A stretch of 49,604 nt of DNA from the NCBI GenBank assembly GCA_938045315.1, contig CALINM010000012.1:1-49604 (forward strand). The letters run 5' to 3'. Below, piece by piece: positions 17,461-25,624 of the stretch. Position numbers and translations under genes: made by a program. This DNA comes from an uncultured bacterium (GTDB lineage: Bacteria; CALINM01). The notes under the pieces were generated by a model. It saw only the letters and a program-made list of their open reading frames with translations. It made no database searches and had not been told where the DNA came from. Every line of letters begins with the position of its first letter. The stretch's first letter is position 1.

Positions 17461-17480
17461 AAGGGCAAGTTTTTGCCCTT
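17461..17480. terminator. Perfect 8-bp hairpin with a 4-nt loop after the tail operon
   Basis: AAGGGCAA-gttt-TTGCCCTT; no strong U-tract on the + strand. Confidence 0.45.
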
Positions 17481-17484
17481 ATTG

Positions 17485-17506
17485 CAAAAATTCTCAAACT
17501 ATCCGT
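17485..17506 (+). repeat. Internal copy of the 22-bp end repeat
   Basis: CAAAAATTCTCAAACTATCCGT, 19/22 identical to the copy at 17641. Confidence 0.75.
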
Positions 17507-17640
17507 ATACTTTATGACAACAGGGCTGAACTTCATAAAAGAATCAAACAATCAATAACATCATGGCTTGGCCACGCCAAACACGCTAATAGCTCCAATA
17601 TTATCAAGAAGGTTTCAAATATTACATTCAGCCGCACCCG
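17507..17640 (+). pseudogene. Remnant of a DGR-type reverse transcriptase C-terminus
   Basis: ILYDNRAELHKRIKQSITSWLGHAKHANSSNIIKKVSNITFSR; S..SW.GH..HA.S is characteristic of DGR RT C-termini. No catalytic YxDD core. Confidence 0.7.
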
Positions 17641-17684
17641 TAAAAAATCTCAAACTATGCGTTAAAAAATCTCAAACTACGCGT
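17641..17684 (+). repeat. Two tandem 22-bp repeats, putative transposase-binding sites at the prophage end
   Basis: TAAAAAATCTCAAACTATGCGT and TAAAAAATCTCAAACTACGCGT, followed by TAAGTTATA and then host sequence. Confidence 0.8.
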
Positions 17685-17879
17685 TAAGTTATATTTATCC
17701 TTCGTATCCTCTTGATTTGTTGTCACAATTGCCCTTGTATCTCTTTGTACTATCCTTAATGCATTATATAACTCTTTAAACTCCCCTGCGGAAAGATTTT
17801 TTAGATAAGGTGGAGTTACATAAAAATATCCCTTTGAAATATCTTCAGCAAGTTTTTTTGGACTACCTTGTAAAGCCAT
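17655..17879 (-). pseudogene. Small host hypothetical gene, probably 3'-truncated by the prophage
   Basis: Start overlaps the uvrD stop. The last 12 codons (YNLTRSLRFFNA) are read from the phage end and its repeats. Confidence 0.6.
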
Positions 17880-20005
17880 TACAAATACCTCAAATAGGAC
17901 TCTGCTATCCTCTTTAAATCCCCATTCTCAAATTGAACTATGCAAATAGGATCTCTACCATTTTCTATTCTTTCAACAACCTTTCCAAAACCAAATACAT
18001 CATGCAAAACCTTAAGACCCTTTTTTGATTTACTCCTGTCAGGATAAGTGTTATTAGCATATCTATTATCCATATCTTTACTCTTAAAAGTGATATTAAA
18101 GCTTATCACATCTATTAAATCATCGGGTATATAATCGAGAAAAGGCGATCTTACCATAATTCTATTATTTCTCATATTACAGTAGCTTAAATATAGCTTT
18201 TCCATTGCCCTTGTAATAGCCACATAAAACAACCTTGTTTCTTCCTCTACATTTTTTTCATCCTTCGAGTATAAATGGGGAAATATATCATCCTCAAGGG
18301 CTGTTATAAAAACAACTGGAAACTCTAAACCCTTCGATGCATGTACAGTCATAAGTGTTACTTCATTTCCTTGCTTTTCCTCAACAATATCATCTAAAAC
18401 GAGCTCATTAATAAAATCTGTATATGTCTTTCCTTCTTTATAATTTTCTACAAGGGCAATTTTAAGTTCCTCCACATTTTTCAACCTTTCTTCCGATTCC
18501 TTATCATCTTTACATTCCTTTAAAATATATTTATCATACCCCGTTAGATTTATAAGGCCATCAATTAAACTATCTGGTGTACCTTGCAGGTACAACTTTT
18601 CTATTTTTTCAAATAAAGCAAGAAAGTTTAACAAATGGGTACTTACTTGTTTTTTAACATTCTGGTTTACAACTTTTTTAATAGCATCAATTACATCATT
18701 TTTTTCATCTACAAAATGAAAAATCTTATCTAAGGTTGTTTTACCCACACCTTCCATGGCGTATGAGGCAAGTCTTGTAAAACTCATTATATCTTTCCTA
18801 TTGCCTAAAAACCTTACAAAAGCTAATATATCTTTAATCTCTTTTCTGTTATAAAATCTAAAGCCCCCATACACCCTATAAGGTATCCTTGCTTTTCGCA
18901 AAGCATCTTCAAAGCGTCGGGATAGTTGGTTTGTCCTATAAAAAATTGCTATATCCTGATATCTATATCCCCTTTCAGTGAGATTTTTTATCTCATTAAT
19001 GATACCTACAGCTTCTTCTTTCTCATCCATATACTTAAATAGTCTGATCTTTTCTCCTAAGCCTTTGGTGGGAATAAGAACTTTTTCCATCCTGTGACGA
19101 TTCGATCTTATAACTGCATTTGCTGCTTCGATAATTATTTTTGAAGAGCGATAATTTCTACCTAATTTTATAATTTTTGCTTCTGGAAAATCTTTTTGAA
19201 AATCATGAATATTTTTTATTTCAGCCCCCCTAAAACTATAAATAGACTGATCATCGTCTCCCACAACTGTTAGATTTCTATGAGTTTTTGTTAGTAATTT
19301 TAAAAGCTTGTATTGTATCGCATTAGTATCCTGATACTCATCTACAAGTATAAATCTATACCTTTCACTGTAAACCTTTGCCAGGCTTTCATCTTTTTTC
19401 AATAAAAGGTATGGCATCCAAAGAAGGTCACCAAAATCTACAAGATTTCTATACCTCTTTATTTGTTCGTATTTATTAAGAATATCCCTGTATTTATCTC
19501 TCAGAAAATCAAAATAAAAAGCTTTGTCAAGAAACTCTTCTAATTCCACCCCCTTATTTTTCCAGTCGTCAATTACTTTTTGTATTGCCTTTGGACTAAT
19601 TTCATCTTTGGGAATGTTTAAATATGTTAAAACTTCCAGCAAAAGCCTTTTTTGGTCTTCTTCGTCCAAAACTTGAAATGTTGGTGTAAAGTCATCAATT
19701 TTATCTGCATTTTCTATTAAAAACCTATGTCCAAAAGAATGGAATGTAGATGCAGTAACATCCCTCAAGAATTTACCATTTGGGAAATTCATAAGTCTCT
19801 GCATCATCTCCCTTGCTGCTTTGTTTGTAAATGTTAGAGCAAGTATAGAACGGTGCGATATATTATAATTTAGAACTAAATAAGCAATCCTGTAAATGAT
19901 GGTCCTCGTTTTGCCAGAACCAGCTCCTGCTAAAATAAGCAGTGGACCTTCATAATGTCTCACCGCTTCCTTTTGTTCTTCATTCAAGTGGGCTAAAATA
20001 TCGAT
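17879..20005 (-). CDS. pcrA: ATP-dependent DNA helicase UvrD/PcrA
   Basis: LILAGAGSGKT, TFTNKAA, VDEYQD, VGDDDQSIYSFRGA, TVHASKGLEF, EEETRLFYVAITRA. Start is either ATC at 20005 or TTG at 19987. Confidence 0.95.
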   Translation of the reverse strand: MDILAHLNEEQKEAVRHYEGPLLILAGAGSGKTRTIIYRIAYLVLNYNISHRSILALTFTNKAAREMMQRLMNFPNGKFLRDVTASTFHSFGHRFLIENADKIDDFTPTFQVLDEEDQKRLLLEVLTYLNIPKDEISPKAIQKVIDDWKNKGVELEEFLDKAFYFDFLRDKYRDILNKYEQIKRYRNLVDFGDLLWMPYLLLKKDESLAKVYSERYRFILVDEYQDTNAIQYKLLKLLTKTHRNLTVVGDDDQSIYSFRGAEIKNIHDFQKDFPEAKIIKLGRNYRSSKIIIEAANAVIRSNRHRMEKVLIPTKGLGEKIRLFKYMDEKEEAVGIINEIKNLTERGYRYQDIAIFYRTNQLSRRFEDALRKARIPYRVYGGFRFYNRKEIKDILAFVRFLGNRKDIMSFTRLASYAMEGVGKTTLDKIFHFVDEKNDVIDAIKKVVNQNVKKQVSTHLLNFLALFEKIEKLYLQGTPDSLIDGLINLTGYDKYILKECKDDKESEERLKNVEELKIALVENYKEGKTYTDFINELVLDDIVEEKQGNEVTLMTVHASKGLEFPVVFITALEDDIFPHLYSKDEKNVEEETRLFYVAITRAMEKLYLSYCNMRNNRIMVRSPFLDYIPDDLIDVISFNITFKSKDMDNRYANNTYPDRSKSKKGLKVLHDVFGFGKVVERIENGRDPICIVQFENGDLKRIAESYLRYL

Positions 20006-20067
20006 AAGAAACTCCTTAGTGAAAATGTTTACAGGATATTTTATATTTTTTTACAAGAAAAATAAAG

Positions 20068-20985
20068 CTATGACTTCCACATCTCTTCAACAGTTATAAC
20101 TACGGACTCAGAAAGTGAAGATAAATTATACCCCCCTTCAAGGGAAAATATAATTGGTAATTCTTTTGCAGTATTTAAAATTATTTTTATTATCTCTCTC
20201 AACCCCTCTTTCGTAACATTTAAGGATGCGAGGGGATCTTTATCCCTTAAGTCATATCCAGCTGAAACAAAAAGTATATGGGGATTAAATTTCTTAAAAG
20301 AATTAACGAAATCATTATTATATATTTCCATAAGCTCTTGATCACCAGCCCCGGGTTTTAAAGGCACATTAAGTATCGTACCCTCGGCATTACCATATCC
20401 TTTTTCCGAAGATTTACCGGTTCCTGGATAAAGGGGTGATTGATGAGTACTAAAATAAAATACATCAGGATCATATTCAAATATATGTTGTGTCCCATTA
20501 CCATGGTGAACATCAAAATCAACAATATATATGCGTTCATACCCCTTTTTCTTAGCATAACATGCACCAATAGCAACGTTATTAAAAATACAAAATCCCA
20601 TTGCTTCATTTCTCTCTGCATGATGTCCTGGTGGTCTTACAAGACAAAAAAACCTTTTTCTATCAGAAGATATATTTTCCACAGCAGTGATAACTGCACC
20701 CGCTGCATAAAGAGCTGCTTCTTTTGATCCCTCAGATAAATACGTGTCGCTATCAAGGTATCCCGGTTTACTATTCATTATATAGTCAAAATAAGATGCA
20801 TCATGAACAAGAGTAATTTCCTCCCTTGTTGCTTGTTTTGGTTTTATCCACTCTATGGATTTTTCTAAATCCCTTCGCTCCCTGATAGCTTTAAGAATTG
20901 CCTTTAGCCTATCAACAGATTCGGGGTGAAAAGCAGGAGTATGATGTTGAAGAAAAATGTCATCATAAACAAGTATTACTTTCAT
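20068..20985 (-). CDS. Histone-deacetylase-family (AcuC/AphA-like) zinc amidohydrolase
   Basis: HPE..RL, RPPGHHA, GFCIFNNVA, DFDVHHGNGTQ, SAGYD, LEGGY. Confidence 0.93.
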   Translation of the reverse strand: MKVILVYDDIFLQHHTPAFHPESVDRLKAILKAIRERRDLEKSIEWIKPKQATREEITLVHDASYFDYIMNSKPGYLDSDTYLSEGSKEAALYAAGAVITAVENISSDRKRFFCLVRPPGHHAERNEAMGFCIFNNVAIGACYAKKKGYERIYIVDFDVHHGNGTQHIFEYDPDVFYFSTHQSPLYPGTGKSSEKGYGNAEGTILNVPLKPGAGDQELMEIYNNDFVNSFKKFNPHILFVSAGYDLRDKDPLASLNVTKEGLREIIKIILNTAKELPIIFSLEGGYNLSSLSESVVITVEEMWKS

Positions 20986-21031
20986 AAAAAGATATTTATC
21001 ACAATGAAAATTTATGTCAAGTTAAATATAT

Positions 21032-22932
21032 TTAGTATTTTTCCTCAACCCACATATCTTGAGTAAATCTTACAACCCTATTTCTTCCCTTTTCTTTTGC
21101 CTTATAGAGAGCTACATCTGCGTATTTAATAGCCTGCCAAAAATTTTGTGCATCCCTGGGAAACTCACTTACGCCAACACTTATTGTTTTTTGAATAATA
21201 CCACCTGTTATTTTAATTTTAGTTTCTTCAACTTTCTCTCTTATTTTCTCCCCAACTTTTACTGCTTCATCTTCTCTAATATCAACTAAAATTACAAGAA
21301 ATTCTTCTCCACCAAATCTTATAACAAAATCTGAAGCTCTCACATTTTTTCTAATAACATTTGAAGTTTCTTTTAAAACAACATCACCAACATCATGACC
21401 ATAAACATCATTTATATTTTTAAAGTAATCGAGATCACACATAAGTAGACCTAAAGATTTACCTCTTCTTATAGATCCCGCAGCTATATTTTCATAACTT
21501 TCCTCTAAAAACCTCCTATTATACAGTCCAGTTAAAGCATCTCTTACTGCTGATTCTTTAAGGGTTTGTGTTAGCCTTTTTGTTTCTATTACTGGTTGTA
21601 TCTCTCTTATATATTGTTTTGCCCTACTTATCCTGTTTTGAAAATCCATATCACAATTAATACTTTTTCCACATATGAACTGAACTACTCCACCAACATT
21701 GCCACTTATCATAATAGGAACACAAATATGACTATGTTTATCACCATCCATAAAAAACATTCATATTTCTGGATACTCAAGGGATGAAACTTCATGTCCC
21801 GTTCTCTTTGCTCTACATAAATCACTGTCTAACTGGATATCCATAGAACAATTTGCTTCTATTCCAACTAACTCTTCAGGGTAGACTATTTTCATCCCCT
21901 TTTTATTATTAAAAACCTCGTAAATAACAACATCTTTTAGACCCAGTTCATCAACAAAAACTTTCCCCAATCTATTGTAAACATCCTGTAATGTATCATC
22001 TTCTTCTGCTATCTTTTAAATTGAGCGACATGAGATAGGGTATCCATAAGTTTATTAAACTCCATTGAAAGCTCTCCTAACTCATCCTTAGATGTAACTT
22101 CAAGCTTTTTTGACAAATCGATTTCGCCTGTAGAAAGTGCTCTTAGTTGATGGATAATGTCATTTATTGGCTTTCTTAGAGCTTTAGATATGAGGCTACC
22201 AAAAACAAAATACAAAATCAGTACAACAACAAGGACAATACTCATTAATACTATCGCTAACTTAATTCTTACTGACATATAATTAGAAAAGCTATCCCAC
22301 TCCCTATCCATAATATTTAATAGATCGAGTAGGTTTTTTTCTATTTGAATAACAAGGTAGTCATATTCTATTAATTTTTCTTTGATGTCGTTATTTAAAT
22401 GAGGCTTATTTTTTAAATCCCAAAGGTCATTAATTATTAAATCAAGAGAATCAATTTGTTTACTAATAGAACTAATTAATTTTATTTGTTCTGCATTTCT
22501 CACAGGATGTACCATGAATTCAAAAGAATTGCTTTGATTCATACTTGAGACATGGATAATTTTACCCCCTGATATAAGGGTATTTAAATAATCTTTATTT
22601 TCTTTCAACCTTAAAACTGCTTTTTCATAGTATTTTTTAGCAATCTTTTTATCCTCGATAATGATAATCTTATGAACAGCAACACATATCTCCCTTACAT
22701 TACTTAATAAAAGATTAAGTGTTTTCGAATGGGGAACATTAACCTGCACCATTTTTTTTGAATTGCTATCCATATAGAACATAAAAGTAAGACCTATACC
22801 AGCAACAATCATCAACCAGAATAGAGAACCAATTGAAAATAGAAGAAATTTTTTTTGCAATGGAATATCTCGAAAGGTTATAATATTTATGATCTTTTTG
22901 ACAACTTTATATGAGTTAAAATTTTTTAACAT
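21032..22932 (-). pseudogene. Membrane sensor HAMP-GAF-GGDEF diguanylate cyclase, split by a frameshift and an in-frame TGA
   Basis: Three collinear ORFs: 22009-22932 (TM-sensor-TM-HAMP), 21761-21970 (GAF part) and 21032-21760 (GGEEF with RASD I-site). One A appears missing at 22014-22017; TGA at 21761-21763. Confidence 0.85.
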
Positions 22933-22989
22933 GGGATTTAAGTATATACTTTAAATAAACAAAAAACAATAGATAAATGGTTTTTTTCC

Positions 22990-23400
22990 ATGCCCAAAAT
23001 TAAAATTTTTATCGAAGGTATTGTAATTAATGCTGAGTTATATAATACAGATTGCGGGATGAAAATATACCAATCTCTGCCTATAGAAAGCATTATTAAC
23101 GAGTGGGGGGATGAATTTTATTTTTCAGTTCCTGTGGTTTTCAAAAATGATCATACTGCCACAAAGGTTGTTAAAGCAGGCGATATTTGTTATTGGCCAC
23201 CTGGAAGGGCACTATGTATTTTTTTCGGCCCCACACCAATTAGTACAAATGATGACCCCTTACCTGCCAGTGAAGTAAATATTGTGGGCAGAATATTAGA
23301 TGATCCAAAAATCTTAAAAAAAATGAAGGGTTCAAAAAATATACGTATAGAAGATGCGGAAAATGCATTAATGAAGCAAAATTGCAATTCAAAAGAGTAA
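22990..23400 (+). CDS. Cyclophilin-like fold protein (DUF369/TM1367-like)
   Basis: LP......WGDEFYF..P, GDICYWPPG.ALCIFFGPTP.S, PAS.VN.VG. Confidence 0.85.
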   Translation: MPKIKIFIEGIVINAELYNTDCGMKIYQSLPIESIINEWGDEFYFSVPVVFKNDHTATKVVKAGDICYWPPGRALCIFFGPTPISTNDDPLPASEVNIVGRILDDPKILKKMKGSKNIRIEDAENALMKQNCNSKE

Positions 23401-23466
23401 ATTTGATTTTTTATAAAAAATGGGTTAACTTATTATTAAAATTAAAATAACACTTCGGGAGTTATT

Positions 23467-24408
23467 ATGGACAATATTCCACTTTTAATTGCTGGAACTT
23501 CAAACACCAACCTGGCAGAAAAGATTGCACAATACTTAGGGATAAAACTTGCACCTGCAAAGGTAAAAAGATTTTCAGATGGTGAAGTAATGGTAGAAAT
23601 TGATGAGAATGTGAGGAGTAAAGATGTATTTGTAATTCAATCCACCTGCCCACCTGTAAACGATAATCTTATGGAGCTATTAATCATTATTGATGCACTA
23701 AAACGTGCTTCTGCAAGAACCATAGCTGCAGTAATTCCCTACTATGGATATGCGCGGCAGGATCGAAAAGTTGCTCCAAGGGCACCTATATCTGCAAAAT
23801 TAGTGGCAGATCTAATTACTGTAGCAGGAGCCCACAGAGTACTTACGGTTGATCTTCACGCAGGTCAAATTCAAGGTTTTTTTAATATTCCTGTTGATAA
23901 CCTTTATGCATCACCCACATTATTTGAACATTTAAAGATGCTACAGGAAGAAAATCTTGTAATTGTCTCTCCTGATGCGGGTGGCGTAGAAAGAGCAAGG
24001 GCATATGCTAAAAGACTTAATGCTTCCCTTGCAATTATAGATAAAAGAAGAGATAAACCCAATCAATCAGAAGTTATGCATATCATAGGAAACGTGGAAG
24101 ACAAAGTTGCAATCTTAGTAGATGATATTATTGATACTGCTGGAACCCTTTGTAATTCTGCAGAAGCACTTAAAATAAATGGTGCTAAAAAAATATATGC
24201 CTGTGCCACTCATGCTGTCTTTTCTGGCCCTGCAATTGAAAGAATTGTTAATTCTCCTATAGACACTGTTATAGTTACCGATACTATACCTTTAACTGAA
24301 TCAGCAAAAAATTCTGGTAAAATAACAGTGGTTTCCATAAGTGGACTTATAGGTGAAGCAATAAGAAGAATTACTTCTGGTGGCTCTTTAAGTGCCCTGT
24401 TTTTATAA
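23467..24408 (+). CDS. prs: Ribose-phosphate pyrophosphokinase
   Basis: [48 protein letters not shown]. Confidence 0.98.
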   Translation: MDNIPLLIAGTSNTNLAEKIAQYLGIKLAPAKVKRFSDGEVMVEIDENVRSKDVFVIQSTCPPVNDNLMELLIIIDALKRASARTIAAVIPYYGYARQDRKVAPRAPISAKLVADLITVAGAHRVLTVDLHAGQIQGFFNIPVDNLYASPTLFEHLKMLQEENLVIVSPDAGGVERARAYAKRLNASLAIIDKRRDKPNQSEVMHIIGNVEDKVAILVDDIIDTAGTLCNSAEALKINGAKKIYACATHAVFSGPAIERIVNSPIDTVIVTDTIPLTESAKNSGKITVVSISGLIGEAIRRITSGGSLSALFL

Positions 24409-24434
24409 AAACTTATTGAAAGGAGGACAGTATT

Positions 24435-25061
24435 ATGGAAACATTGTCTATTACACTAGAAAAAAGGGATGGGGCTGGTAAGAATTATGCTAAAGAGTTA
24501 AGAAAATCTGGAAAAATACCTGTAGTCTTATATAGCTCAAAAAATGAAAATTATCTTGCAATGGTAAGTAGCAAAGAAATAACTAAAAACATAAAAAAGA
24601 GTAAAGCAATTCTATATAATATAGAAAGCAGTGACAGTACACTGAATGGTAAGAGGGTTTTTATAAAAGATATTGATAAATGTCCCATAACAGATAAAAT
24701 TCTTCACATAGATTTTTACATAGTACCAGACAAAGAAATGATAAAAATTGAAATCCCCATTAAATTGAAAGGCAAGCCCGTGGGTGTTTCTAAAGGTGGC
24801 ATTTTAGAACAGGAAAAGCATGAAATTACAATAAAAACATTTCCTGAAAATGTACCAGATTTTATCGAGGTTGATGTATCAAGCTTAGACATTGGTGATG
24901 CTATTCATTTAGGTGACATTACACTTCCTCAAGGTGTAAATCTTGCTGAAAGTCCTTCAATTACAGTTGTAACTGTTGTTCCACCAAAAGAAGTGGTTGA
25001 GTTAACAGAAGAAGAAAAGAAAGCCCAACTGGAAGCAAGTCTGGCTGAGCCTAAAGAATGA
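24435..25061 (+). CDS. rplY: 50S ribosomal protein L25 / Ctc
   Basis: R...GK.....LR..G.IP.V.Y, HIDF, G.P.GV.KGGIL, LDIGD.IH; prs-rplY-pth synteny. Confidence 0.95.
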   Translation: METLSITLEKRDGAGKNYAKELRKSGKIPVVLYSSKNENYLAMVSSKEITKNIKKSKAILYNIESSDSTLNGKRVFIKDIDKCPITDKILHIDFYIVPDKEMIKIEIPIKLKGKPVGVSKGGILEQEKHEITIKTFPENVPDFIEVDVSSLDIGDAIHLGDITLPQGVNLAESPSITVVTVVPPKEVVELTEEEKKAQLEASLAEPKE

Positions 25062-25621
25062 CATGGCTTATCATTGGATTGGGAAATCCTGGTAAAAAAT
25101 ATGAAAATACCAGGCATAATATAGGTTTTAATGTATTAAATCTATTGGCTGGAAGGATTAATTTTTATTTTCAAATTAAAAATAATTATGAATTAGCAGA
25201 GGGTTACTTATTTGGTAATCCTCTTTTTTTATTAAAACCCTTAACTTATATGAACTTAAGTGGCAAAGCAGTATCTGAATTTGTAAAATATAAAAACTTC
25301 TTAGATTCTTCTAAAACCTTAGTAGTATATGATGATCTTGATTTACCTCCTGGAAAAATAAGGCTTAAATGGAATGGTAGTGGTGGTGGACATAAAGGTG
25401 TAAACTCAATAATACACGAACTGGGAACTAAAGATTTTTTCCATCTTAAAGTTGGTATTGGAAGACCACCTCTCAAGGAGTTGATAGAAAACTACGTTCT
25501 TAGTAAATTTAATAAAGAAGAACAAACAATTATTGATGATGCCATTAGTAAAGCATCAACTTGTATTATAACCTTAATAGAAAAGGGGCCACAAATTGCT
25601 ATGAATCAATTTAATGGATAA
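25058..25621 (+). CDS. pth: Peptidyl-tRNA hydrolase
   Basis: IGLGNPG..Y..TRHNIGF, KPLTYMNLSG, DDLDL, GGH.G, VGIGRP. Confidence 0.97.
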   Translation: MTWLIIGLGNPGKKYENTRHNIGFNVLNLLAGRINFYFQIKNNYELAEGYLFGNPLFLLKPLTYMNLSGKAVSEFVKYKNFLDSSKTLVVYDDLDLPPGKIRLKWNGSGGGHKGVNSIIHELGTKDFFHLKVGIGRPPLKELIENYVLSKFNKEEQTIIDDAISKASTCIITLIEKGPQIAMNQFNG

Positions 25622-25624
25622 ATT

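Larger units (their letters stand above)
1..17693. mobile_element. Transposable (Mu-like) myoviral prophage, late half; continues beyond the left window edge
   Basis: Mu gp28-type terminase, DUF1804, gpI-like protease, gp36 (DUF1320) and gp37, contractile tail genes, and terminal 22-bp repeats. Visibly more G-rich than the host DNA to the right. Confidence 0.92.

Noticed and set aside
15694-17665. Intact, active DGR
   Set aside because: No RT catalytic core, no avd, no recognisable TR/VR pair, and no C-type-lectin-like target C-terminus in the window.
17450-17665. 71-aa ORF as a real gene with a CPYC zinc motif
   Set aside because: Its N-terminus is read through the hairpin and the inner repeat, and it has no SD. 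Only the central part resembles a known protein (the RT remnant).
17485-17684. 22-bp repeats as a mini-CRISPR array
   Set aside because: Two copies are directly adjacent with no spacer and the other gap is 134 bp; no cas genes are present. Their position at the phage/host junction fits transposase-binding sites.
16363-17693. Mu-like invertible G segment (gin/gix) or mom
   Set aside because: No serine recombinase, inverted fibre copy or DNA-modification gene was seen.
21761-21763. Selenocysteine recoding in the diguanylate cyclase
   Set aside because: The downstream sequence is AT-rich without a convincing SECIS, and an independent frameshift upstream favours pseudogenisation. Not fully excluded without a bSECIS and selABC check.
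23401-23466. tRNA-Gln, often found upstream of prs
   Set aside because: The gap is only 66 bp, very AT-rich, with no cloverleaf or T-loop motif.
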